Below the pieces are notes generated by a model that was given only the letters and a program-made list of their open reading frames with translations, made no database searches and was not told the DNA's origin. Source: a virus. Taken from it: 64,000 nt of DNA. This document shows positions 17,064-27,959 of the stretch, one piece after another. The stretch covers positions 32,001-96,000 of IMG/VR virus record IMGVR_UViG_3300043419_000731; one strand, written 5' to 3'. The position numbers and the translations under genes are program-made. Numbering within the stretch: position 1 is the first letter of the stretch; each line of letters starts with the position of its first letter.

Positions 17064-17876
17064 ATGGATTTGCCTCACAATGTTGAATCTAGGCTGACGA
17101 TTACTGGGTTTACAATGAACCCAATAACTGATTCATATATATTAAAAGCGGTGCTTACTGGATTAACTTCTTATAAAGAAGAGCATCTATGCGATTATGG
17201 TCATCAAGTAATTCATAAGAACTATCTAGGTCAAAGAATATCTGACCCAATGATTACAAACTGTATGCAATATGGTTTTATTCAAGGGCATGTTGTTCTT
17301 ACAAACGGCTGGATCAATATCAGAATAACAAGTGATGTGTACCCTGCCAAAGTGGTGGCAGATGTTTATTTAAATAACAGTATGCCTGATGCAGATATCA
17401 TAATTGATCATTTGTGCGCCCCAGCCTTACCACTAGATGGTATGGGATTATTTGATTATACATACACCCTACAGTCTACTCCAATACCTAACACTGCAAT
17501 GAGCAAGCATAACAAGATGGAGTCTCCATACAAGGTAAACGAGCCAGCAAAGGTATCTGAAGACAAGGTGGAGGTTACATTAAATAAGCTATCTACTATT
17601 GAATGCCATTTTTGCTCATCACCAGCTACAACATGGTTGATTATAGGGCCACCTATGAGCCCTGATGCTACTAGTTTAACTCCACCTAGGGTGGTAACTT
17701 CATGCAAGAATCATATCGGAAACGGCAGAGTAACAGAGATTAGGTATAATATAGATGAGATACCAGAGAATGACTTCGTAGTGGCTGGCAATAATGCCGC
17801 TCAATATGAAATGCTAGATGTTTTAGACGAAAATAGAAATTTTCAATATACTATCAATAAGATAAAGGAGACTTAA
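17064..17876 (+). CDS. Hypothetical protein (N-terminus weakly SpeD-like; C-terminal CxxC...CxxH)
   Basis: GHVVLTNGWINIRI...ADVY; CHFC and CKNH. Confidence 0.45.
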   Translation: MDLPHNVESRLTITGFTMNPITDSYILKAVLTGLTSYKEEHLCDYGHQVIHKNYLGQRISDPMITNCMQYGFIQGHVVLTNGWINIRITSDVYPAKVVADVYLNNSMPDADIIIDHLCAPALPLDGMGLFDYTYTLQSTPIPNTAMSKHNKMESPYKVNEPAKVSEDKVEVTLNKLSTIECHFCSSPATTWLIIGPPMSPDATSLTPPRVVTSCKNHIGNGRVTEIRYNIDEIPENDFVVAGNNAAQYEMLDVLDENRNFQYTINKIKET

Positions 17877-18590
17877 ATGTCAAACATGGAAAAAGTAACT
17901 ATAGAAGGTGATCTATGGTACATAGAGAACTTCTTAACACAAGAAGAATTGGATTTCTTTAAGCCTTTTATGGATGATCATGATGGATGGTATACAACCA
18001 TGCGTTCACCATACAAAAATATTTTAAATAAGTTTATTGAAAATGATATTCCAAGAAATGAAGATGGAACAACAGGAGTTGCAACACCTGATGACCCAAG
18101 AATTTACTACCCAATGTTAAGCGACCCAGGTGGGGTATTTGATAGATTGCTTCAGGTTATGCCACCAATATACCGACCACATGCATCGCTTCAGACATTT
18201 AAGTATTGCACAGATGAAGAGATTGCAAGAGATTTAAATGATGGAGATAGAGAAAAGCTCACGCTTGGCGGTACTATCCCACTTGATCCTAGCAAGGTAG
18301 ATTGGGCAATGAACTGGCACTCTGAATGGGACGAAACAAGCCCAGTGCCTCCATTTAAGCTTTCATTATCTTTATATCTCAATGATGATTACGAGGGCGG
18401 AATCCTTGAGTTTAAGCATAAGCCATACAAGATTAAGCCTAAAGCAGGAATGCTAGTAGGAGTACCAGTAACGAAAGACTTCGAGCATAGAGTTACTAGA
18501 ATTACTTCTGGCAATTGGAGACACACATTATATGGTGCTTCATGGAATGATCCAGACAATATACCTGTGAGTACAGCTGACGACTGCTAA
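17877..18590 (+). CDS. 2OG-Fe(II) oxygenase, prolyl-4-hydroxylase-like
   Basis: WHSE...YLNDDYEGG...HRV...R. Confidence 0.85.
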   Translation: MSNMEKVTIEGDLWYIENFLTQEELDFFKPFMDDHDGWYTTMRSPYKNILNKFIENDIPRNEDGTTGVATPDDPRIYYPMLSDPGGVFDRLLQVMPPIYRPHASLQTFKYCTDEEIARDLNDGDREKLTLGGTIPLDPSKVDWAMNWHSEWDETSPVPPFKLSLSLYLNDDYEGGILEFKHKPYKIKPKAGMLVGVPVTKDFEHRVTRITSGNWRHTLYGASWNDPDNIPVSTADDC

Positions 18591-18593
18591 TTC

Positions 18594-19583
18594 ATGGAGC
18601 TAAATAGCAAGACTATATTCATAAATCTAGGTGCATTCAACGAGTTGTATCTAGACTTAATGATAAGTAATTGTTTAAGTAATGCTGAATTTCCTGACAG
18701 AATTAAGATAGGCTTATTCTTGCACGATAGCCACGGCTTAAAAGAAGACCTATCTGCATACTCTAAGAACTTAAAGGTAGGCTACTTTGATTACCCAGCA
18801 GCCCTAGGTTGCTGTATTGGAAGAGAGATGGCTCATGCGTTCTATGATGGGGAAGACTATTATCTTCAATTAGATGCACATATGCTATTTCAAAAAAACT
18901 GGGACACAATCTTAATAAATAAGTTTGAAAAGATAAAGTTGAAGTATCCTAAGCCAGTTATATCATACTATGTTCCGTGGTGGGCTGTCAAACAAAATGG
19001 AAAATTCTTTGCATATTCTTCAGATATAAAGACATTCCATAATGGCGGAATGAAGTTTGATGTTGAAGATAGCCTTAGAGCTAAGTATCCTAAGCCTACA
19101 GGAGACTATACAAAGTGGGAAGAAATACCAGAAGGATACATTGAGCATCACCAGATAGCAGGACACTTTATTTTTTCTGATCCAAGCGTATTTGATGAAG
19201 TAAGACCAGATACCACCATCATGTTTGGTCCAGAAGAATCACTGCTGGCTTTAAGGTTATGGACAAGAGGATATAGAATATTTGCAATAAATGAACCCGT
19301 GGTCTGGCATTTAAATAAGGGCTATAATAATGTTAACCCGTACATGAGAAGGTCTGCATACTTTAAGACTGATGAGTTAGCTAAACATTATTTTGATAAG
19401 AATCACAGGGCATTAAAGAAGTCAAGGAAGATATTTACGGGAGAATACACGGGCTACTGGGGTGCTCCAAACATGGAATTATTGGCGGCATATGAGCATG
19501 CAGCAAAGCTATCCTATAAAGAGTATTTTAGATTACTTGATGAGAGATACCCAAACGATCCACCTGAATCAAGGATGCTATAG
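18594..19583 (+). CDS. Gnt1-like (GT60 / Pfam GlcNAc-type) glycosyltransferase
   Basis: TIFINLGAFNE...G.CIGRE.A...YYLQLDAHMLF.KNWD..LI...GHFIFS...GPEE.LLALRLWTRGY..F...VVWH. Confidence 0.75.
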   Translation: MELNSKTIFINLGAFNELYLDLMISNCLSNAEFPDRIKIGLFLHDSHGLKEDLSAYSKNLKVGYFDYPAALGCCIGREMAHAFYDGEDYYLQLDAHMLFQKNWDTILINKFEKIKLKYPKPVISYYVPWWAVKQNGKFFAYSSDIKTFHNGGMKFDVEDSLRAKYPKPTGDYTKWEEIPEGYIEHHQIAGHFIFSDPSVFDEVRPDTTIMFGPEESLLALRLWTRGYRIFAINEPVVWHLNKGYNNVNPYMRRSAYFKTDELAKHYFDKNHRALKKSRKIFTGEYTGYWGAPNMELLAAYEHAAKLSYKEYFRLLDERYPNDPPESRML

Positions 19584-19983
19584 CCTATTGACCAGACCTT
19601 GCCTATATTGTATACTAGGCAAATGACTGAACCAAAGATTATGCGAATGGACTGGCGTTCATTAGGTTACTGGCCAGTATACAAAGATGGCAAACTTACA
19701 TGGGAAAAGGATCCAGATGAACGAACAACAATTTGATGATGAATTTAATGTAGAAATATTAACACAATCTATTGTAGATAAAGCCAAAGCAGAAGTAAAG
19801 GCTCGTTACGGAAATAAGAAAAGACATAGGCAATGATTAAAGATTTTATAACAGGAGCAGTACCACTAGGTTTATTTTTGTACCTTGGAGTATTTCATAC
19901 AACAGTCTTTGTTGTACTTTTTATGGGGTTTGGATTAGCTTTTGCTTCATACCTTATTGGCGTATCAATAAGAGAAGAGTTTT

Positions 19984-21527
19984 TTGATGATCGCAATTAA
20001 TGGACCAATGCAAGGTAAATTCTATAATACCTCAGAGATAACTAAGACAGTTATTGATCATGTGAGGATTGAGTATGCTATATTTGAGCTTACTTACTAC
20101 CGCACAAAAAATGGATGGGCATTCCATTCATGGAAAAATCTATTTAATACAAGGGGAATAAAATGAGCTCACCAATTATCGTATTCAATCCAAGCGGGTT
20201 AACAGATGAGCAGGTTAAACTAATTAAACAGGCACTTGATGACGCTTATCATGCAGGGTATGAAACTGCTAAAGAGTTTTATCAGCTTAAGTTTAATACA
20301 ACAACTACAACTAGCCCAAATACTGGCATTACATGGTCACAACCTCCGTATACAGTAAATAATTGTGAATGTAAGCCTAAATAATGCCCATTCATATTCC
20401 AATCTACGTTAATGATAGATTAATTAAAACTTATCATATTGGGCGGTTAGAAGGAGATACCAATCCTGATTCAATCAATAAGTATCTAATTATAGAAGAT
20501 GATCAGCTTTGGCAGGTAGGAAAAGAGTTTACTCATAGATATGGAGATGGCATAGACACTTGTGTAATCAAGGGTATAAATGCTATGATGAATATATGAT
20601 ATCAACTATGGAGCTTATGATGATTAAAGAGGCGGTTTCTACTACTGCCCTTGAAAATGGGTGGGATAAAGAAAAGGAAAAAGAAATGTTTAATCAGGCA
20701 GTTTCATTTCTTATTGAAAAGGAGTTATTATGATAGAGCCTCCTATGGGTTCAGTAGTTGTCGATACGTGTGGCTCTGCATGGCAAAGAAGTCCAGTTGG
20801 GTGGTCTTCATGCGGGTCAGACGGATCTTGGAACTATACTTGGAAAGAGCTATTAAAAGAGTTAAATAGATATATGGATTATCCAACAGAAGCGTGGGCT
20901 CCAGTGCTAGGAGACAAACGATTGCCCTGTATTGTTTATGTTCCGCATGAAGAATTAATTTGGGGGGATGAAGATGAGTAAAGATAAAATTGAAAGACCA
21001 GCATACATCATTAAAGTTACTCGTGACTGGAAATATGGCAAGCGGGCTAGATTCTGGGATATTCAGAAATGGTATCAAATGGGTAAAGGTCCAGAAGATG
21101 GCTACTGGGGAAATGCCTGTAAAGGCGGTCTATCATATTCTGATTGGGGTATGTGGAGAGCTATTGATAAGCGCCTAAAGAAGATGAAGTTTGGCTATCA
21201 TGTAAATCATTTTAGTTTAGATAGACAATCAATAGAGGAACCAAAATGATTTATAAATTTGTAGAAAAGTATCTTATGCGCCCTAAACGCCTTAGAAAAG
21301 CAATTGAGGCAGTAGTACATGAAAATGATGAGTTGTTACGCAGGCTTGCAGAATATGAAGAAGAAGGGCCAACTAATCTAGCATGGTCGGAAGGAGATAG
21401 ATGGTATGGATGGACTTACAATCCTAATTCTAAACGTTATTACTTTGATGATATTGGCAATGAATCATTAATGGGTTTATGGGAAGATCAATGGGCCAGG
21501 GAAGAAGCTAATGACAATAAAGCTTAA
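19984..21527 (+). CDS. Run of about 7 small hypothetical ORFs (19984-20166, 20163-20384, 20384-20599, 20730-20981, 20968-21249, 21246-21527)
   Basis: ORF track; overlapping starts and stops, typical phage accessory block; no recognisable motifs. Confidence 0.5.
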
Positions 21528-21832
21528 TGCTTTTTGTGTATCATGCAACAAAAATGTAGAAGGCAGGCTAACAGAGATGGAAGTCCTAGACTCTGGTAAT
21601 TGGCTATATAGGGGTGAATGCCCAGAATGCTATTATGAAATCAAGAGGGTAATTCCACACGAAAAGGACACAAATGATAGATAAGCTTATTAGTCTTATA
21701 TGCAATATGTTTGATCACAAGTTAGATCCAAACAACTGGCAATATGAGTCATATACAGGGCAAACTTACTATTTCTGTAATAGATGTAAATACTATGTAC
21801 CTTTGTACTATATTGACTAATTTGATCGCAAT

Positions 21833-21870
21833 TAGTGAACGCAAAAAGTGAAAAAGTGCGGCGGTAGAGA
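21833..21870 (+). repeat. Dispersed repeat, copy A
   Basis: AGTGAAcgcAAAAAGTGAAAAAGTGCGGCGGTAGA; homologous copy on the - strand at 36728-36780. Confidence 0.7.
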
Positions 21871-21911
21871 CCATATTGTCACGATGTGACTAGATATGAT
21901 ACAATTGTCCT

Positions 21912-22151
21912 ATGACTAATGAATTTGAACTAAACGACGAAGAGCTATCCAAGACATACATCTCAGATGATGAGCATGTCGACAAATGGAACAATATGGA
22001 GAAGGCTTGCTGGGCGGGATATAAGCAAGTAGGCATGAAGGACAAGGGTGGCAAAAGAGTCCCTAATTGCGTACCTATCAATAAAGCGACGGGACTACCA
22101 GAAGAACCAGAAACTTCCTGGAATGGTGTATTTAAACCAAAGGTAGACTAA
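21912..22151 (+). CDS. Small protein carrying the CW.GY...G.K.KGGK.VPNCV phage motif
   Basis: ACWAGYKQVGMKDKGGKRVPNCVP; TGATACAAT promoter upstream. Confidence 0.6.
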   Translation: MTNEFELNDEELSKTYISDDEHVDKWNNMEKACWAGYKQVGMKDKGGKRVPNCVPINKATGLPEEPETSWNGVFKPKVD

Positions 22152-22609
22152 TTGCTACATACAACAATAGACCTACTTATCCTTATTGGCGTATGGGTCA
22201 ATGCTTATATAAATATACAGCATCATATTGCTAGAAAGAAGAAAGCATTATGAGTATATTAGATAACCTTGAGGCATATCTTGAGTTTGATGATCTAGGT
22301 AAAGCTTGGAAAGATGCACCAGACTGGTGCGATGATTGCAATTCAAATCCTGGAGAGAAATGTCCAGATTGTGGATATACGCATAATTGTTAGTTGACTA
22401 GAATATATTTATATTTAATTAAAGGCGGGAAGAAATGAAATGCTACTACTGTACTAAAGAAGCTATACATATAAAGACCTATAGAGATGATGTAGATGGG
22501 ATTACATATCCATTTGAACATTGTGAAGATCACCAAGATATAGACGATATGACCCAAGAAGCAGTGGATCTATGGGCATCTCAAAGTACCTTTGAATAAA
22601 GCCAAAATA

Positions 22610-23150
22610 CACATCTAACTCCTATATCCCCCTCCCTTTTATCTCCTTTCTAAGAGCCTCTGGAAGGCTTTATATGTGGAGTAAAGTGGAGCATTGTGGA
22701 GAATTTATACTCTAGATTATAGTTAATATACTATAGTTATATCTATCTAAAGATATATGTGTAATTGAGCATACCCCATCTTAAACGTAATGTCAATAGG
22801 ACAAATCGGACATATTTACCCCCATATAGCAGCATATTGATCTAAATTTGTCAAGGGATTTTTTGAGGAATTTTGATCTATTTTGCCATATTCTCTACAG
22901 ATTTGTCGACATTTAATAATGATTATATATTTAATTAGACATATTCTGTAGCATTTTCAGGGGTTTTTGTCAAGCCTTCGTAAATAGAAAAATTTGCCCC
23001 AACTTTCAGGGGTTTTGATCAGCTCTCGTAAATAGAAAATTTTGCCCATATGCCCACAGCATACAAAAAATCCACAGGATGTGGATAACCCTGTGGATAA
23101 TTTGGGCAATATATGTTTATCTATATCACCAGGCATTCTTCTCTCATTGT
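22610..23150. other. About 540-bp non-coding AT-rich strand-switch region (origin- or terminus-like)
   Basis: No ORF; alternating AT tracts 22720-22760; duplicated TTTCAGGGG...CGTAAATAGAAAA(A/T)TTTGCCC; two perfect DnaA boxes (23080-88, 23092-100). Confidence 0.6.
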
Positions 23151-23156
23151 ATATGC

Positions 23157-23528
23157 CTAATTGAATGGATCTAGTTCTTCACTCCGCCATCCAAATCTAT
23201 GTTCCTTTACTTCCTCCCGCTTTGGGACTGTAAAAGAACGGGAAGGCAACTTAAGATTAACTAAGTTGTTATCTTCTTGGTATGCTTTGATACATTCGTT
23301 CAATTCATTAGCAAGAGATAGACCTTCGGTTGTTTCATTTCTATTTAGATATACATTGTACATCTTGGCTTGCTCAGATATAATCGATACAATCATTTCC
23401 ATAATTCGGTCAATTGTGTGTAATGGCTGTTCAGCCATATATCGACCAAATACTGTTGGATTAAACCAATGGTCATCTGTTAGATTTACTAGTGATTCTG
23501 CTACTTTGATTTCAGGTGATTTACTCAT
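23157..23528 (-). CDS. Hypothetical protein
   Basis: 123-aa ORF with GGCGGA/GGA RBS-like sequence. Confidence 0.6.
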   Translation of the reverse strand: MSKSPEIKVAESLVNLTDDHWFNPTVFGRYMAEQPLHTIDRIMEMIVSIISEQAKMYNVYLNRNETTEGLSLANELNECIKAYQEDNNLVNLKLPSRSFTVPKREEVKEHRFGWRSEELDPFN

Positions 23529-23613
23529 CTGTCCGCCTTCCGCCTAACTGTCGATTATATCAAAAATAAGAGAGGGGGTCAAGGACCAACGAAGCCTGGA
23601 CCCCCACCCTGAA

Positions 23614-23763
23614 TTACTTTGCCTTGTTGCTTGGTGTTTCTGCAGTAAACTTAATACCCTTGGCCTCTGCCTCTGCTAGAGCTACCTTAGCTGCTCCTGA
23701 GAAACGACCACGCACACCTACTGTAATGCCCTGCTGCTTTAGATATTCACGCTTTGTTGCCAT
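23614..23763 (-). CDS. 49-aa stand-alone Lsr2 C-terminal-like DNA-binding protein
   Basis: Hand translation MATKREYLKQQGITVGVRGRFSGAAKVALAEAEAKG...; RE....G..V..RGR pattern; GAAAGGGG RBS. Confidence 0.55.
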   Translation of the reverse strand: MATKREYLKQQGITVGVRGRFSGAAKVALAEAEAKGIKFTAETPSNKAK

Positions 23764-23988
23764 TTGATTATCCCCTTTCAAGAGATGTTATTTGTACTAA
23801 TTATATAAGATATCCACGATTTTGTAAATACCTTCGTAACATATTTTTTTTGCCCTTAGATCAAATTGACTTGCTCAACTCGATCTTTAATTAATTTAGC
23901 AATGATGTTATGGGCTTCGATGTTTTCTGTTTCTGACCCACCCCATAGCAATTGCTGTGCTTTATTTAATTGATCATTGATGTACTCA

Positions 23989-25367
23989 TCACTCATCTTC
24001 ATCTTCGTCCTCATCCCCGTCATATAGTTCGATGATACCTTCTTCGGTCATCCAGTCCCGTACGGCCTCATAGAGGTCCTCTGTGCCATACTCCAGTGTG
24101 AACCCGTTCTTGTCAGCCTGCGTGAAGAACAGTTCCCACATTTCTTCTTCATCCTTGGCTGTACAGTAATCAGGGTCTCCGCCCTGCATAATGTCAGTCC
24201 AGATAGATAGCGCTACATCCCATGTCCACACCCAAACCAGGGGAGGGAAGACCCCTAGTTCACCAATCTTATCTACAATTAAAGTAATATCCTTGTAGAC
24301 ATCCTTCATTCGTGTACTTTCTTGTAGGTCTAATTGATTACTCATTACGTTCTCCAATCGCAAATGATAGTTGATATGTTAGATTATATAAAGATACTAA
24401 TGTATCAAGGGCACCTTCACATCTTGTGCGGTCCATAGAGTCCATGGCTTCTTCTGATTCATCTTCAATTGCTTGTGCTTCTGCCAACTCCTGCTCAGCA
24501 ATGAGCATTAGATTCTTTAGTTCACCGTGCATGATGTCAAGGCCTGATACTCCTGCGTTGACCATGCGCTGTAGGTGTGGCGGTAGTCCGATGTCTTCTG
24601 AATTCATTACATATCTCCTTCTGATAGAGTTAGCCAAGTAGTACAGTATTTGCAGTGGTCCATTTTTAGCGGGGAAGTAACAGAATGAGTACTATCAATA
24701 ATAGACTCAATCTTGTCTAGAACATCATCCAATGTCATTATTCATACCTTTCGTTTGAAGAGTTCATTATATCAGTGGCCACTGACAAAAGGTGCTTGGT
24801 TGCATAAATCTGTCCTTCTATATCTACCACATGGATAGAACAAGGATTCTCCTCTAGGTCTTGTTCTAAACTAATTAGATGCAACTTCATATATTCTAGG
24901 AAGTATGATGATCGTGTCATCCTATGCCTCCAGCTTCATTCTAATAATGTCATATGCGTCAATCGCACCTGCTGAATAATCATTCATTTCGTTGTCGCCT
25001 TCTTCTTCATATTGCTTACGCAATTCAGTTAGTTCAGCAATTCGACCTTCTGCAAATTTGCGGAGGGTATCAATAACATCTAAAGCAGCACATTCTCCGC
25101 AATAGGCATTGTAGTCTTCTTCTTCTGTATATGGAATAGATGTTCCACAATCATTACACCAAGACTCATCGCGCATTCCCATTATTCTCCCCATGGCCCT
25201 TCAATAAGTCCTTCTTGATATGCAGCAATAATATTCATGGTTTCATGAAGAATGCAATCGCAATCTCCACCGTTCATGTTTTCCATAAATTCAAAATGAG
25301 AATAGTTATCCTCATAGATAGCAGTAACTAGTTCATGAATTGCATATGGTTTTGTATCACTCTTCAT
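23989..25367 (-). CDS. Run of small acidic hypothetical ORFs (23989-24345, 24338-24637, 24738-24920, 24922-25194, 25182-25367)
   Basis: ORF track; overlapping starts and stops; GAAAGG-type RBS. Confidence 0.55.
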
Positions 25368-26085
25368 TTGATTCTACCTTTCGATATTCAGGGACATTGG
25401 TTTCTAAGTATATAGCATGGGTCTGACATCCTGCGACAGACTCTAGGTCTGCCTCACCAAGCCAGTTACATTTAGAACAGATTTGATTGTCACAATCTTC
25501 ACACCACTCTAGGGTATCAATAGCATCACAATCACGGCACTTAGTGTCATATTCTGATTCTGAGATAACTACACCACGGAGAATCTCACATTCTCCACCC
25601 CAGCCTGTTTCTTCCTCATATGATAAAGTAAATAGTAATGTTGGGTATTGTGCAGATAGTTTTTGTAGGGCAGGCATAGGGCGTGACCATGCTGTATTAA
25701 AGTTATAATAAACTACTTTGTTATCGCCATTAGCGACAGGCCCTTCAATATATGTATCAGGAAACTTTTCTAGTTCAGATACAGCCACATCCCATTTGGT
25801 ACCCCATTCACGGTTATTGAAGTTGTACCAATCGTTGCCCTCAAATGCCAAACTAAACTTTTCGGGGAAGACAGGTTGCGAATGATATGCATCAAGGTCG
25901 GTAGGTGCAATAATGTTGCGGAAACTAAAGATAGGATTAGGATACTTGCGTTGTTCCACAGAATAAGCCAAATCACCATTAGGTTTAATAGAATCTACAA
26001 ATGGTGTATTCATCTGTTCAACTAATTTATCTACTTGCTCAGGATTACCCTCAATAGTTAATCCATTATATACCCAGTTTGGCAT
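25357..26085 (-). CDS. DUF1281/YubB ferredoxin-like domain protein with C-terminal Cys cluster
   Basis: MPNWVYN...DWYNFNNREWGTKWD...FNTAWSRP...YEEETG; start ATG at 26085. Confidence 0.7.
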   Translation of the reverse strand: MPNWVYNGLTIEGNPEQVDKLVEQMNTPFVDSIKPNGDLAYSVEQRKYPNPIFSFRNIIAPTDLDAYHSQPVFPEKFSLAFEGNDWYNFNNREWGTKWDVAVSELEKFPDTYIEGPVANGDNKVVYYNFNTAWSRPMPALQKLSAQYPTLLFTLSYEEETGWGGECEILRGVVISESEYDTKCRDCDAIDTLEWCEDCDNQICSKCNWLGEADLESVAGCQTHAIYLETNVPEYRKVESNEE

Positions 26086-26264
26086 ATTTATCCTTTCGTT
26101 TGATATATGAGAATTATACACTGGACCACTGACAAATGGAATACATATGCCCTGTGTTCTACACCACATGGATCAGAGCTGATCCCATATTGTGAAATTT
26201 TCAGGGAATTTACTTGACACCCGTAAAAGAGATATGTTACCCTCAGTCTTTGCGGGCAAATAGA

Positions 26265-26290
26265 AATCCCCCAGTCAAAGCTGGGGGATT
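26265..26290. terminator. Hairpin terminator
   Basis: AATCCCCCAG-tcaaag-CTGGGGGATT. Confidence 0.7.
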
Positions 26291-26425
26291 ATGAATATGG
26301 CTGCCTGGATTTCCAACGAAAGAAATAAACCCGCTTTACTTAGCACCTGGCCCGTAGACTAGTAGATGCACCATTTCATTTCCTATTAAAACCAGGACCC
26401 AAGGTCCTGGATTAATTATAGCATA

Positions 26426-26791
26426 TTACTCAACTGAAACTAGGGAGTACTTGTCTACAAAGGATGAGAGACTAGTTGAAAATACTTCCGTAGTCAGGTC
26501 CTCTTCCATTAGTGTAAATGTCTTCTTATTCCAGTCAATGATTGGTACCCTGTGCTCATTATCTGCTAACTCATTAACGGTAATGCCCCAGCCAGTGGTT
26601 GACTGCCATTCTTCATTAATTAAATTAGAGATAGCAATGCGTGTTGCATATGATTCATCAGACCACCTTGGCTCTGCTGCTCGTACAGCGCTAGCCAAAT
26701 TCTGCAACATCATGTGCCCCGCCCAGTGTCCATACAAAAACACTGTATCGCCCTTGCGGTCTTTAAACCCAAAGTTTGCTCTGTCGCCCAT
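26426..26791 (-). CDS. Hypothetical phage protein
   Basis: MGDRANFGF...LYGHWAG; GGAA RBS. Confidence 0.65.
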   Translation of the reverse strand: MGDRANFGFKDRKGDTVFLYGHWAGHMMLQNLASAVRAAEPRWSDESYATRIAISNLINEEWQSTTGWGITVNELADNEHRVPIIDWNKKTFTLMEEDLTTEVFSTSLSSFVDKYSLVSVE

Positions 26792-26792
26792 T

Positions 26793-26990
26793 TTATTCCG
26801 CCGTTTCTAGTTGTGGTGTTACTTCTACCTTGTTCAATTCTATCACTTCATAGGCCGCTCTGTCTAGGCCCCTTTTATTGCTGTTATAATGATGGCCACA
26901 GAAAGCAAGCTCTCCGCCAACTAGTTTAACTAGATACATAGAGTCTGCAGATCCGCAGGCATCGCATGGAATATATTCTCTATCTCTCAT
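26793..26990 (-). CDS. Small zinc-binding protein (CxxC...GELxFCGHH)
   Basis: CDACG...GGELAFCGHHY. Confidence 0.6.
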   Translation of the reverse strand: MRDREYIPCDACGSADSMYLVKLVGGELAFCGHHYNSNKRGLDRAAYEVIELNKVEVTPQLETAE

Positions 26991-27141
26991 AGAGAGCCAC
27001 CCTCAATCATTTCTGCAAGGCGGTCAAGAATCCATGTATCGATATCAGCGATATCAATCTCTGCAAGCTTTTCCATAAGTTCCTCACGAGCAAACTTATA
27101 TCCATCCTCAAAGCCATCTTTATAATCTGACATCTTATCTC

Positions 27142-27345
27142 CTAATATCCTGTCGCTTCTTTATCTGACCAGTATGATTCTGTTAAACCATACTTATCAC
27201 GAATGCGACTTACTTTCTCAATACTACCAGTTCCGATATTGAATGTCAATGGTCCGCATTGTTCTGGGTCCAAACCAATCAACTCCGCTTCCCAGGTAGC
27301 CCGTGCAAAGGCTACCTGAGATGGAGCAGTTAATTCAAAATACAT
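27142..27345 (-). CDS. Hypothetical protein
   Basis: ORF track; coupled to the upstream gene. Confidence 0.55.
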   Translation of the reverse strand: MYFELTAPSQVAFARATWEAELIGLDPEQCGPLTFNIGTGSIEKVSRIRDKYGLTESYWSDKEATGY

Positions 27346-27959
27346 TAGTACGCACCTTCTTCTACTCGGTCAATCTCAAAGTTATTCACAGACATTTCTG
27401 ATGCATATGAATCAACAGTTAGATTAGAAGATACAAAGTCTTCGATACCGTCAAAGTCACCTGTCAAATCAACTTCAACAGTTGCATCAACACGAACCCA
27501 AACAGTAACTTCAATTTCCTTGGTTAGAGGAACATCGAACATCTCTGCAATCTCAGCCAATGATTCTTGGTCTGATGAATCTGCGTAGTTCTCTTCAAGG
27601 AATGTACGGAGTTGTGATTCCTTGCGGTACCACTGGTTCTGCTTCTCAGTAAGATTCTTAAGTTGCCAAACCATGTGACGAATATCTGATTCAGTATATG
27701 TTTTAGTAATTAGGTCATCACCCTCGACCCACTGCAACTGCATTGTTACTGGTGTTGTTGTTTCTTCCATTGTTTCCTCTTTCGTTGTTGTTGTAGAAGG
27801 AATTGTAGCATCGACCACTGACAAAAGGATGCAGGCGGTCCCGCATCTGCAAGTGAGGTCCATCACACCATTAGGCCATCCATAGCCATCCTTAAATGTG
27901 TATTCAATTAATGCATCACAATCACCTGGGCATATCCAGGTATATTTCTGATAGTTCAT
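27345..27959 (-). CDS. Hypothetical protein with N-terminal Cys motifs
   Basis: Start MNYQKYTWICPGDC after a GAAAGAGGG RBS. An internal CAACGAAAGAGG leader near 27780 may start a second product (MEETT...). Confidence 0.55.
   Translation of the reverse strand: MNYQKYTWICPGDCDALIEYTFKDGYGWPNGVMDLTCRCGTACILLSVVDATIPSTTTTKEETMEETTTPVTMQLQWVEGDDLITKTYTESDIRHMVWQLKNLTEKQNQWYRKESQLRTFLEENYADSSDQESLAEIAEMFDVPLTKEIEVTVWVRVDATVEVDLTGDFDGIEDFVSSNLTVDSYASEMSVNNFEIDRVEEGAY

Noticed and set aside
17064-17876. S-adenosylmethionine decarboxylase (speD)
   Set aside because: There is only a faint resemblance around GHVVLTNGWINIRI. The autocleavage E-S-H motif is absent, so no gene symbol was assigned.
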